The position numbers were made by a program, and so were the translations under genes. Under the pieces are notes generated by a model. The model searched no databases. It was given only the letters and a program-made list of their open reading frames with translations, and was not told the DNA's origin. Below are positions 1-13,299 of a stretch of 64,000 bases of DNA, in pieces. The stretch covers positions 37,944,001 to 38,008,000 of the forward strand of contig OX597814.1 of assembly GCA_951406725.2 (NCBI GenBank). The letters run 5' to 3'. The stretch is from Octopus vulgaris. Its lineage: Eukaryota. Each line of letters starts with the position of its first letter. The first letter of the stretch is position 1.

Positions 1-217
1 CATTTCATATACCAAAGTTTGTAGAACAGAAGTGCCCGAAGAATACACACCTGATGTAAAATTTGACGAGAAACGATATTAGTTTTTATAAAAGCCAACA
101 GATGAGGGTCGAGTAAAAACTGGCCACACACAGACACACACACACACACACACACCGTGCGGAAACGCACACATATGTTTTACTGAAGGGGCAGTGTACA
201 TGATGAAGAGGGCCGTG

Positions 218-255
<38 letters not shown>

Positions 256-258
<3 letters not shown>

Positions 259-2936
259 ATCATTGTTGGTCTTTACAGGCCTCCTCAAGCACCTCTAAAG
301 TACTTTGAAGAGTGCCTTAACAAAATCAAGTCCTTCCTTCAAAAATACAACTCCGAAAACATACTAGTGATGGGTGATTTTAACCTCCCTCATATAAACT
401 GGCCCACAAATACTCTGAATTTAGGCAAATGCTCTACATCAGATAAAGCAGCATCAGAATATCTCTTTAATCTAATGGATAAATAAATCCTGACTCAGCT
501 AGTGCTCGAACCAACAAGACAGAATAAAACGATCTTGGATCTAATATTAACCAACCACTCTAGCTTCGTTCACAGTATTTCATTTGAAAAAACTCTCCAC
601 TCAGACCACGACATGGTACTCTGCAATTTTAATTTCCGACATATATAAACCAAACCAGCCAATACCACTTCCATGGCTCTCATTTGACAACATAAACTTC
701 CACAAAGCGGACTGGGGAACAATCAGAAAGGATTTGTCTTTCATCGACTGGTTTTTTACTCTCAATTCCACTCAAACTGAGATCGCATGGCAGCACTTTG
801 AGAACATTGTCACCTATACATGCTCTAAACGCGCTCCCACGAAATCTACTAACACAAACAGAAAACGGCTCCCTAAAAAGAAAAAAAAACACTCATCAGG
901 CGCATCAAAAGACTCAATAAAAAAATCAAGCAATTAAAATATTCCCACATGCAACATCCACATTCAACAACAATAAAAAGGCTAGAGTTGGAAAAACTTC
1001 ATCTGCAGACCGACATGAAACCTCCATTGAAAATCAAAGAGCTGTGGAGGAACAGTGGGTAATCAAAAACATCAAAGAGAACCCAAAAGTGTTCTATTCT
1101 TATGCAAATATGCATAGAACCACTGTCACACCCATTGGGCCATTGATTGATGATAACGTCATTCCCCAACACGATGCTAAAGAAATGGCAGAAATACTGC
1201 AGAAACAATACTGCTCAGTCTTTAGTGTTCCCACTGATATTGACGTAAGAGAAGCGAACGAAGTTGATTCCCAACATAAAATCTCAGACATAACTTTCAC
1301 TGCCTCTGAAATCATAGCAGCAATAAATGAGGTCAAATACTATTCTGCTGTAGGCCCTGATAGATTCCCTGCTAGTCTCCTGAAGGAATGTAGACACCAA
1401 CTTGCAGATCCTCTGACCAACCTCTGGAGAAATTCGTTAGACTCAGGTTATATACCGAAACAGCTTCTATCCCAGTCTGTCATCCAGGTTTTCAAATAAG
1501 GAAACAGATCCCTCGCAGTCAACTATCGCCCAATCTCACTCACCTCTCACATCATGAAAGTGTTTGAAAGAGTGTTAAGATCAAGGATAGCTGATTTCCT
1601 GGAGACCCACACACTTCTAAATGCAAATCAGCATGGCATTCGCTGTGGCAGGGACTGTCTAACACAGCTCTTACACCACATTGAAGATATACTCAAAGCC
1701 TTGAGAATAGATTCGAAATCTGATGTCATATATCTTGACTTCAGTAAAGCGTTCGACAGGGTTGACCATAATATCCTACTCTCAAAATTGGCAAATGTTG
1801 GAATCAGTGGAATACCTCTACACTGCATTAAGTATTTCCTGGCGAATAGAACACAGCATGTTGTAGTTGATGGAGTCCACTCAAGCCCAGCAAAAGTCAC
1901 CAGCGGTGTTCCCCAGGGGACTGTTTTGGGTCCGCTACTCTTTATAATTTACATAAACGACCTTTCCAGGGTCGTACATTACTGCAAATTGAAAATATTT
2001 GCTGATGACACTAAGCTCCAGCAAATCATCAATGAAGAAGCAGACCGAACTCAAATCCAGTCTGATCTATATGATGTGAGTCAATGGGCAGACAGAAACA
2101 AAATGCAACTGAACGAGGGAAAATTTGAGCTGATGCATTTTGAAAGAAATTCCTCACTAAAACAGCCATACTCTCTTCCTTCAGGGGAACCGCTCACAGC
2201 CTCTAACAATATCAGAAATCTGGGTGTAATTGTTGATTACACCTCAGTTGGAGTTCACACATCAACAATAAGGTCGATATAGCTCGTAGGATGAGATCCT
2301 GTATCTTTAGAACTTTTCGGTCCAGAGAACAAGGTGTCATCATACCACTTCTCTCCTCCTTTGTACGGCCACACCTCGAATACTGCTGCCCACTGTGGTC
2401 TCCCCATACAAGACAAAACATGTCGAGGACTGAATCACCCCAGAGGGCACTACTAAACGAATTGAAGACACGGTTGCTCTCGATTATTGGGACCGCCATT
2501 AGCGGTACATCATTTGTACGATGTGGAGAATATACTGCCAACTTTGCCCAGGCGACCTGAACATTAGCTTCAAGGTTAATCCGAGACTGGGACAACGGGC
2601 CATACGTCCCCTGCCCAATTCAAGACCACAGCATACATGTACACTGCAACATAATTTCTTTTCCTCAACAGGACCTGCCCTATTTAACATTGTCCCGAAA
2701 GAGATCAAAGAGGAAAAGGATCCCGTCAACTTTAAACGGAGTCTGGATAGATTCCTTCAGGGAATACCAGATAAGCCACCCATAATTGGATACAACTCAC
2801 CCAACAAAAACTCACTACTTGAATGGACCATAAACAAAAGTTGACTTAAACAGGATTTAGATAATCCTATCAGGTGGTGCTATTAAGTTAGACATGGCCT
2901 GGACCAATCGAAACATATCTAACTTTTATCTAAGTT
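256..2936 (+). mobile_element. CR1-group non-LTR retrotransposon, 5'-truncated, with APE endonuclease and RT broken by stops and frameshifts
   Basis: From 256 the frame reads IIIVGLYRPP...ILVMGDFNLP...ILDLILTN...HSDHD (APE motifs). RT motifs: QHGIRCGRDC, YLDFSKAFDRVDH, GVPQGTVLGPLLF, FADD. C-terminal motifs RPHLEYCCPLWSP and NSLLEW follow. The short 3' tail runs into (TA)n. Confidence 0.93.
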
Positions 2937-2958
2937 TATATATATATATATATATATA

Positions 2959-3499
2959 TTAGTCAATTTAGGGTAGTAAAAAATTCAATAGAAATTTATC
3001 GCTACCAACGGCCTAGTGGAAAAGAGAAAATAGTCAACGACTAAGTATATAAATATAACAATTTAGGAATGACCCTAACAGGTCCACCAGAAAGAGCAGC
3101 CATAACTCACACCGCCAAGTTGTAGTAATTCAAAAATTAGGTGAAAATTCAAAAACATTTACCCTAATTCATCTTTTAGACGTTGCAACGTTTCTGTGTC
3201 ATTAATGATTAAATTAGCTTAATTAAATTAAATTAAGCTAATCTACCATAGGTTACACTTCATCAGTAAAAAACCTGGGAGAGACAAATATACACGAGGC
3301 GTCTGTATCGATGCCTAGGGAATATCTGTCTTAAAATTTTCAAGACTGACGTATTCGCGCCAAACTTATCAGCAGTAAATATAAACTGCCGATTCAATCT
3401 CAGAATTATTCAGAAAATTATCAATTAGTCAATTTAGGTAGCAAAAAAATTCAATAGAAATTTATCGCTACCAACGGCCTAGTGGAAAAGAGAAAATAG
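2959..3499 (-). mobile_element. Penelope-like pseudo-LTR or retrozyme-like fragment, partial tandem (unit about 466 bp)
   Basis: A ~75 bp direct repeat at 2959-3033 and 3425-3499 (ttagtcaattt...gaaaagagaaaatag) brackets a hammerhead motif. Confidence 0.65.
3174..3271 (-). ncRNA. Type I hammerhead ribozyme motif with intact core
   Basis: Minus strand: tttta CTGATGA a gtgt-[long insert with 12-bp hairpin]-acac a GAAA cgttgcaacg TC taaaa. Stem I is 5 bp, stem III is palindromic, and the triplet is GUC. Confidence 0.85.
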
Positions 3500-3690
3500 C
3501 TGTTTCAGCCCTTCAAAATTATCAATTACTTCTTCTTCTACTTCTCCACCCTTACCCCTTAACTTTGTAATATAATTAAAAAAAATTTTTTTTCTAATTT
3601 TTCTCACCTGCTCCCATAAGTAACAAAAGGAAGTTTATGATTAAATTATATATATATATATATACATTTGAAATGCTCCTGTCACAACCT

Positions 3691-3734
3691 GGGACCTTGA
3701 AGACTGCTATAATGCAAGAAAGTTTACTAGTCCC
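3691..3734 (+). ncRNA. Degenerate minimal type I hammerhead motif
   Basis: gggac c TTGAAGA c tgc tataat gca a GAAA g ttta c TA gtccc. Stem I is gggac/gtccc, and the core has C3>U. Confidence 0.6.
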
Positions 3735-3934
3735 TGAATATTTTATATTTTATATTCAATATTTCATCTATTCAATAAGACAATCAATACTTCATTTCAT
3801 TTTACTATATATATATTATTTATACTATATATTCTATATTCTACATTAATATTATAAAGAATATAAAATAAAACATAAAAAACAGAGAGAATTGGAATTT
3901 CTTTGAATAATATATACATACATACATACATATA

Positions 3935-3973
<39 letters not shown>

Positions 3974-4222
3974 GGTTTTTAATCTAGTATAACGATGATT
4001 GGGTTCCACGTTTATAATGTGCTGATTTACCTTTTTTATCACTTTTATAAGGGTGTTTTATCTTATATGGTTTCAACTTGGAATAGATAATAAATATATT
4101 TTATTTCTTCAGTAGGAATCTATATTGATAAAATCGTGTCTTATAACTTAATTATAAGTATGTCATTATACATAAATCTTAACTGAAGCTACATAAACAC
4201 CGTAATGAAATATATATATTTG

Positions 4223-4367
<145 letters not shown>

Positions 4368-5397
4368 AGTCGATTAAACGGATATGTTGAAAGGTGTATG
4401 TACGTTGAATATAAATGAATTTCTGTTCTTTTTCACCACTATGAAAACAATTTCATACTTGTAGAAATAAATTTCATTAACCATCTGAAGAAAAGGAAGA
4501 AAGAGAAAGTATTTACTGCATTAGCTTATTTACGTACATTTAATATTTAGAGTGCATTTAGGAGTTTAAGAAATTTGTCGTGGAGAGGTACGATTTAAAA
4601 TTTACACTTGCTAATCCTTTCATACTAAACTGCTATAGTTTACACAACAATTCAAATAAGTATTGCTGGATTTAAGTAATAGACATGGCATAAAACATAG
4701 CCAGTATCTCGTACTAGTGAGTGTCGTGGAGATGAGTGACATCCAACGAACACTAATATGAGTGTCGTGAATCACTAGTGTGAGTGTCGTGAAGTCTATT
4801 GGCAAAGAACGATCACTGATTATTTTTCGAAACATCAGAGTTTTTATAACTGCTCAAAGCTGAATTCTAAGGACCGTATTTCGTGAAAGATTTCACTTTG
4901 ACGAAAGTTTACTATTCAAATATGAGCAGTAATTGTAACCAATGGGAAAATAACAATTGTACTTGTACGGGCAACATGACTATTACGACATATTACCGCC
5001 TTTTGGGACTTGCTACACTATATAAATGCAGATATTAGCATAACAGCTTTTGTAATTTGATATACATTAGACGTGTAACAATGTTAGACGAGGATATTCA
5101 ACGATGACCAGTATCTCGTAAACATTGTATGATTTATTCATATTATATTAATTGAAAATTTTCTTCTCTAAGCAAAACAATCTGCAACTTCATTTATGTA
5201 TGACCACTATTGATTTATATAATCATATCCGTGAGATACATGCTACGTTTGTGATTAAATACGATTATGGAGACCGATAGCGTTATAACATGCAATAATT
5301 ATTCAATAAATGTAAAAAAAAAAGCGCTCCTATATAACCGTAAACGCACGCACAAATATGAACATAAAATGCTGTAATTTATGCCATGCATTATGAA

Positions 5398-6136
<739 letters not shown>

Positions 6137-6183
6137 GAAAAAACAAGTCAAAATAGTAAATGTTAAAATAATTTTATAAAGAA

Positions 6184-6231
6184 CATTTCAGTACCGGTTT
6201 CGGTCATTTTGAGACCTTTTCAACTGTAACG
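6184..6231 (-). ncRNA. Minimal type I hammerhead, U3-A8 core variant (left arm)
   Basis: cgttacag TTGAAAA ggtc tcaaaat gacc GAAA ccgg TA ctgaaatg. Confidence 0.72.
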
Positions 6232-6614
6232 ATTAAATAATTAAATTTAGAAAAATTAGAAGAAAAGTTTTTTTAAAGGAATATTTGTATAGTGTTCAGA
6301 TATAAGTGGCATTCTGCATTTCTCTGACTCCCTTGTTTGCACTTGTGTGTTCGAGGTCGTTGTGAATTCTCGGTAGGGTAGAAGAAGAAGAAGGCTGATG
6401 AGGAGAGGGGGTGGACAAATTTGGGAGTTCCTTGATTGTTGTATTTTGAATGGTCAGTGAACTTCTACCCTACCAAGAATTCACAACGACCTCGAACACA
6501 CAAGTGCAAACAAGGGAGTCAGAGAAAGGCAGAATGCCACTTATAACTGAACACTATACAAATATTCCTTTAAAAAAACTTTTCTTCTAATTTTTCTAAA
6601 TTTAATTATTTAAT

Positions 6615-6662
6615 CGTTACAGTTGAAAAGGTCTCAAAATGACCGAAACCGGTACTGAAATG
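6615..6662 (+). ncRNA. Minimal type I hammerhead, U3-A8 core variant (right arm)
   Basis: Identical motif to 6184-6231 on the opposite strand. Confidence 0.72.
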
Positions 6663-6802
6663 TTTTTTATAAAATTATTTTAGCATTTTCTATTTTGACT
6701 TGTTTTTTCATATACATCAACTCGTGTGTTCCTTTTCACCCTTATACATATATATGTATATATATACTTACATATATATATATATATGTCTATATATAGA
6801 TA

Positions 6803-6840
<38 letters not shown>

Positions 6841-6846
<6 letters not shown>

Positions 6847-6967
6847 CACGTGATCACGTGACCGACCAGACCATCATATGTTGTTACACACCGCTGGTCA
6901 CAATGCGTTCGCATTGTTTTAGCCTTCGAATGACGCCACCCCGCTGGCTAAGCGAGCAGGCCATGGC

Positions 6968-6972
<5 letters not shown>
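6841..6972 (-). mobile_element. Internally deleted copy of the tRNA-SINE at 51493-51770
   Basis: The reverse complement matches the 3' ~120 bp of 51493-51770 plus its first 8 nt (gtatggcc). Confidence 0.85.
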
Positions 6973-7052
<80 letters not shown>

Positions 7053-7572
7053 CCTCGTTTGCGTTATAAGCGATGAAATAAGTGTCTGATAAAGAAGAAA
7101 TACTCTAATAAAATAAGGAAATACACAGTCTTTTCAATTGTTATTGGAGAAGTGTAGAAAGACAACCATTTGCATATACACGGTATGAAAACGGAATCCT
7201 AAGCATCTTGACGTAATTTTGAAATTCGTTTATCACCTTCTACGGACAGTTGACATATTGGACGTGTAGTACACTAACAAAACTAAGTTTGATAATGAGT
7301 CAAGCTCTCCCTCCTTCTCTTTCCTCCTCTTTCTCTCTCTCTCTCTCACACGCACACACGTGAGATATGAGCAGTTTTGCAGTTTTCGTCATGGTGAATA
7401 AAACTAATTGATATGAGTGTGAGTACTCAAATAGCTATGCCACTAGATATCTGATTTGAACTGCAATTAAAGTTGTTATTTTGTGACTCACGCAGCCAAG
7501 GTGTCTAGAACTGGCATCCGCTTTTATTGGTAGGTATAGGGTAAAGTATAATGGAAAGGCCAACAATTTTGG

Positions 7573-8147
7573 TAAGACTTGACGTGGACATTAAATTTAA
7601 TTTAGCTATATGATGAAACGTTGGGATAGTCTCTGATGGTGTTTCTAGGTTATCGTAGCTACCGGAACATCGTGTCGAGCGAAAATGCAACATGCTGAGT
7701 ATTCCGTCATCTGAAAGATATAGGCTGAACAAATATAACAGTGGAAGAAAATTTCTCAGCAATGATAGTTGTTGTGGTTCATCATGTCTAGAAAGGGAGG
7801 AGAAATCCAATTAAATCCAGTTAGATCGGCGGATTACTCTCTAACCATTCAAACTGATCGTGGATGTTTCTAAGGATTACCCGATCCAATTAGATTTAAT
7901 TGGATTTCTCTTTTCATTCTAGATCTCTATGAAACCAAACAGCTTCCATTGATGGGAAACATCCACAATTTTTTCCAAGGACACGTTTGTTTACCCTACC
8001 TCTCTCCGATAACAGAATACTTAGCATGGGCAATCTTGGCTCGATACGATATTCCATTAGCTGGGATATCCTACACAAAGCTACCAGGGACTATTCCCAT
8101 CTTTTATTATATAAATAAATTAAATCAAATATCCTTGTCAAGTCTTA
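7573..8147. repeat. Long imperfect foldback (MITE-like), arms about 260 bp
   Basis: Paired segments: taagacttgac/gtcaagtctta at the ends, ggaacatcgtgtcgagc/gctcgatacgatattcc, catgctgagtattc/gaatacttagcatg, and inner arms 7801-7829/7881-7909. Confidence 0.8.
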
Positions 8148-8269
8148 GATTTTCGTCTTCATACAGTGTAAATGCAATTGATTTTCTTTCTACTCTTGTT
8201 CTCCAACAAAAACAACAACATCAACAACAACAACAACAACGACAACAATAGTAATAATAATAATAATAA

Positions 8270-8470
8270 CTTTTTCTTTGGTTTGTTTCAGTCATTTAAC
8301 TGCGGCAATGCATGGGTACCACCTTTAGTCGAACAAATCGACACCAGGATTTATTCTTTGTATGTCTAGTACTTTTTCTATCGGCTTTATTTGCCGAACC
8401 GCTTGGTTACGGAGATGTAAACACACCAGCATCTGTTTTCGAGCGATGGTTGGGGTACAAACAGCGACAT
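8270..8470 (-). mobile_element. CORE-type tRNA-SINE, 3' half
   Basis: Aligns by eye to 32460-32650 (gtttcagtcatt...gccgaaccgct...aaacacaccagcatc). Confidence 0.85.
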
Positions 8471-9456
8471 ATATATGACTAAACATACACACACTCTTTT
8501 CCTTATTAGATTATATCTCTTCTATATTACATGTAAATGTTTGTACACTTACGAGTATCCTTCTACTCGTTGTTTTTTTCTTATATTTATATTGCCACGG
8601 CACCTCTACAACTCGAATAACATTTCGACCATATTGCCATTCGATATTCGTATCAAATAATACTAAGATTGATTAATACCTTAGAAATAATCTTTTTATT
8701 TTTTTATATATGAAATACACCTGTATAACCAACATATCACTACGCAAATTTTTGCTTCTTTAATTATCTCTTTCTCTGCTCATTTCTCTTTCCTACATAT
8801 ATTTTTTTCTTTCTAGCTTTATAATACTATTTTTAAATTCACATTTTTATCTTTATAAACAACGCAAGTACGTACTTCTTCAATTATAATATTAATAATT
8901 ACTTCTCTGTTTTTACTTATATTCTCCTTTATCATTAATAAGTGTTACATAATACGATTTTTTATGTAAACAAGAGTCCTTTGTATACATGAGCTTCTCT
9001 CTTTAACTCATTCTTATTCCTCTATTTTTTTGCTATCTCTTTACGTTAACTATCTAGTAGTAGCTCTCATATACCAATTCTTCACACTAAATTTCATTCG
9101 TCTATATTGATTAAAACATATATATATATTATGCTACGTACTGATTTCAACGGTTAGTTTTAATTTTAATTTAAATTTGGTATTGACTTCCCATTGAACA
9201 TTTCAGCTTCTCACTTGCCCTATGCTGCATATATGGATATATAATTCTAATTTCCATATTCATCTATAGAAGGAACGTCTCCGATACCTCTTTACCAATA
9301 TCTTCAAATAAACGTTTTAGCCACTAGCTATAGTTCAATATTCGACATACCTCCCATCTCTTTCTCACACGGATACGAATATGACTCTCATAGATCCAAT
9401 TTTTTTGGCCCTGTTCCGTTTTGAGTTCCTTGTATTAAGGTTTCTCTCCTCTTCCC

Positions 9457-9546
9457 GTACTGAAAGAGTGCGTTTATATTTATTTTATTTTATTCCATAT
9501 TGAATTTATATTATTATATTGCTGTACGCAACGATCGTTTGCAAGA
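9457..9546 (+). ncRNA. Decayed type I hammerhead relic
   Basis: gta CTGAAAGA gtgc-[AT-rich insert]-gtac GCAA cgatcg TT tgc. Two core lesions, with palindromic stem III retained. Confidence 0.4.
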
Positions 9547-9641
9547 ATTAAACGTCTTATAAATTTTAACAATTTGTTTCCTCCCTTCTGAACAAAATTG
9601 ATGGGATTTATAGAATTTGATTCCATAAATTCATCATACGT

Positions 9642-9830
<189 letters not shown>

Positions 9831-10004
9831 GTAAGATACGGGGATCGAGGTGCAGGAAAAAAGTTAGTTTAGAGTAATCCGAAGTGAGTACTTAAAAAAC
9901 AATAACTTTCAAGAATAAGAGTGGTTTACTGACACGCATGATCGCAGAAATTTTCTTGTATCGGAGAACGATGAACTGAAAATTTACGTTAATATTTCTC
10001 GGTA

Positions 10005-10075
10005 GGCAACCAGGTTTGCCGAGTGTGCAAAAAAAAATCGAAGTGTGGTGTATGCCACCGGCTACTCTTCAGGCC
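10005..10075 (-). ncRNA. Decayed type I hammerhead downstream of a GIY-YIG relic
   Basis: ggc CTGAAGA gta gccg...cggc AAA cctgg TT gcc. G12 and the base of stem II appear deleted. Confidence 0.55.
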
Positions 10076-10764
10076 AATGTTATCTTCTTTTGATTAAAAG
10101 TTACATTGTTGCAAAGATTCAGTGAGAATGTGTGGAGGGCACAGTATGTGAGATGTATACAAATGGGGAGAGAAATAAGCAATAGAAGAGAATTAGCCTA
10201 AAGATAAATAAATTGATAAATAAAAAAAGGAAATATAGGTGAGTGAGATAAAAGCGGAATTGGACGGGTCCGTCGTAGATAATAGAGTAGTGTTAGCTTA
10301 ATCACAGAGTTCGATAGTGGGATTGGCATTTGACTTGAGAAATTTGAGGGGACAGGGTGGGAAATATTTTTGGTTGTGGCAACAAAAGAACGTATGTATG
10401 AATGATGCAAAGTAGGGTGGGGAAAGCACGTATGAACAATGCAAGATAGATTACTGGTTTTATGGTTGAAGGGCATAAATAGGTACAAGAAAAAAATAAT
10501 TAAGGAATGAAGTGGTGAAAGTGTATTTGTATTTTTACGGGTGGAGGAGGTAGAATGGCGAGGGAGTAGAAATATAAGTAGGGAAGAATATTTTAGGTAG
10601 TAAGTAAAAATATATCCGCCTATTAAGGACTTAAATGGGGTGGGGAAGTAGTGTTGATTTAATACGCAGTGGTATTGAGAGTGGATGGGTGGGGAAAAGA
10701 ATATATGAGAGTTATGTGGAGATACGTGCGGCATGAGGTTCTATTATTTTGCATTTTGAGATTG

Positions 10765-11105
10765 GGTTTAATGCCCGATGTTTGCATGTGAATATTATAC
10801 TGCTGCGTTTAATGAAACAGTCCGAGGATTGCAAAATAGCCATGAGCTCGGCTTTCACAGATCACACCTATTATTATATATGTTGTAAGTCATGGTGTGG
10901 GTGATTAGAGACTATTTGAGAGTGATGGGAGTTGAATCAAGTGTTAATTATTGATAAGTTGAGATAATGATGTACTTTTAGATTCTATATGGGATTTGAA
11001 ACTAGAGTAGTGATTGCTCAGTCTAGCTTTGAAGTAGGTGCTACATCAGCTGATATAAATGTGGTTGCAGTTGTTAGTTATACGACTAATATAATGAATA
11101 CTAGA
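10765..11105 (-). pseudogene. Penelope-like element GIY-YIG endonuclease relic
   Basis: HIYIS*CSTYFKARLSNHYSSFK...STSLSQ / ITLK*SLI...YN...RCDL / AELMAIL...KRSSIIFTCKHR. This fits the PLE pattern YIG..FK.R..NH..SF..T.LS...I.W...C.LC..E...RSE..CRH. Confidence 0.75.
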
Positions 11106-11389
11106 ACTGTGCCATACAGCGTGCCGAATATAACATTCAGCTGATGCATACCCATGTGAGACATACCACTCTCAAATAAACCTGGAGAAAAAAAATAGTT
11201 CCGTTCCCCCATATGATAGGCCTAAACCGCATATTTCACTTTCGAGTACCCACCAAAACATTGCAGTAGAAATCGACCTAACAAGAGAACCCCTACCCGG
11301 TAACCTTTAAACATCACAACTCATCAAAGCCGGCACTAACACACACATGCAAAACACTGTGTCCCCCCAGGTAACTCTGCTAATCGGAT

Positions 11390-11570
11390 TAAACGAACAA
11401 GGACACAAGACGTCATATGGTTCCCCTGACCTTTGTCATTAACGTCCAAAATCGAGTGCCTTAACTCATCTTCACCCCACCCCCAAAACATTTCCCGAAA
11501 TCTACCTCCCCTCCAGAAAAATATTTACCCCTAAATCAATAAAATTATCCTCCTCTACCACCACAACCGC
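11390..11570 (+). pseudogene. PLE RT-to-endonuclease linker relic, opposite strand to the adjacent GIY-YIG
   Basis: RTQDVIWFP*PLS...PKHFPK...KIFTPKSIKLSSS resembles the PLE motif IIWFNPP..KHFP..KIFN..IKLSYS. Confidence 0.55.
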
Positions 11571-12097
11571 CATCAACAGTGCTGCAGATATCCGTCATGT
11601 TAATAAGAAGGAACTCCAAAATCTACTAACCGCTACGCCCACCCTGTATAAATGAATTCAGCATAACCCCAAACTCCATGCATATACACCCAAAAACACC
11701 AACTGACCCCCATTCAACACAATACAGACACAGACTAACCCACAGTTAGACTTAAAACTCATTCAATAAAAGTTTTTAAGCCACTCCCTTGTCAGGAACT
11801 CACAGGGATTTTTTTTAGACAATAGACAACTACACCTCTTCACTTTCTCTCTCACACTTTGAACGTTATACCAAATAATATTTAAAGAAGACTTAAGTGA
11901 AAAAAAATCCCGACATGTTTTTACTTCAATTTCTTACTTCAATTTTTTAATAATTTTTTACTGATATTTGGTAAAATAAAATTCATCACCGAAACCGGGA
12001 ATGCTTTCTTTATATAATATTTAATATGTTTTATTAAATTCCTTCTCGAATTGAAATGTTTTAAATTTACTTCTCTACTATTTCCAACTCCATCTTT

Positions 12098-12190
<93 letters not shown>

Positions 12191-12700
12191 GCATATATAT
12201 ATATATAGATACAAACACACACACAGTAATCTTTTGGGAACGAAGAAGGGATTATATATAAACTGTGTTTCAGTCAAAATTATTTGGCTGTACGAATGGT
12301 GTATTGCACACTCTTCTTCAGAAGAGACACGACATTGATTAGTGTAATTCCATTTCACAGAACTATTTGTATGAGACTATGAACATAGAACGTGTTTGTG
12401 CTTACGTTCTGAACCGCAAATTTATAAACATTCTATAAATATGTCTCAGCTAGAAATTTTTGAGATTAGATGACTGACGTGTGAAATGCGTGTCATCACT
12501 TTTGGAAAATATTCTTGCAATCGATTTCTTGAAATGTGCATATTCCTGGGCCACAGTGGCAACAGTAGTAAATTGTGTCTCGCACCGTTTTAACTTTAAC
12601 ATGCATTTCGCTACTTGCAATATTTGTTCCATTTCCACGAAAAATTAACGTGAATATAACAACAGATAAAATGGTTAATATAAACATATATTCATACATA

Positions 12701-12749
<49 letters not shown>

Positions 12750-12784
12750 AACATATATTCGTACATACCAATATACATGCATAT

Positions 12785-13090
12785 ATATATTTATATGTCT
12801 ATAAACGAAGTTTGAAAACACCACTATATAAAATAAATTTTAATTTTCTGAGATATTTTACATGTTCCGATTTTTCTTGAAAAAACGAACCTTATCAAAA
12901 ATTTATATTTTTAAAAGTTAAGGGTAATAAAAGGAAATGTATTTTTCTTTTATTACACTTAACTGTTAAAAATATAAATTTTTGAAAAGGTTCGTTTCTT
13001 CAAGAAGAACCGAGACATAAATTTCTCAGAAAATTAAAATGTATCTTATATAGTGGCGTTTTCAAACTTATTTTATTAATAAATATATAA
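12785..13090. repeat. About 300 bp imperfect palindrome with almost no spacer
   Basis: aagtttgaaaac/gttttcaaactt, cgaacctt/aaggttcg, tcaaaaatttatattttt/aaaaatataaatttttga. Centre at about 12939. Confidence 0.88.
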
Positions 13091-13299
13091 CCATTCGCAT
13101 ATAACCTACACTTTATATATATATATATATATATGTGTGTGTTTGTGTGTGCGTATATGTATATATACGTATGTCGCTGTCATCATTAACCAGCTGGAGG
13201 AGATGTCTTCCTGGGCCTATAAAAAACAGTAGCATCGTATCCAATGGACCTGCCATATTTAGGAGGCAAATATGGCCCTGTGCTACTGTTTACATTTCC

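Noticed and set aside
4718-4791. Three spaced 11-bp repeats, superficially CRISPR-like
   Set aside because: Too short and too few, with irregular spacers, no cas genes and a eukaryotic context.
10198-10734. 178-aa minus-strand ORF
   Set aside because: Low-complexity, strand-biased 3' region of the PLE relic.
11958-12003. ctgatat..ggt..acc GAAACCGG ga, hammerhead-like
   Set aside because: Several core mismatches and no stem I; at best an unrecoverable relic.
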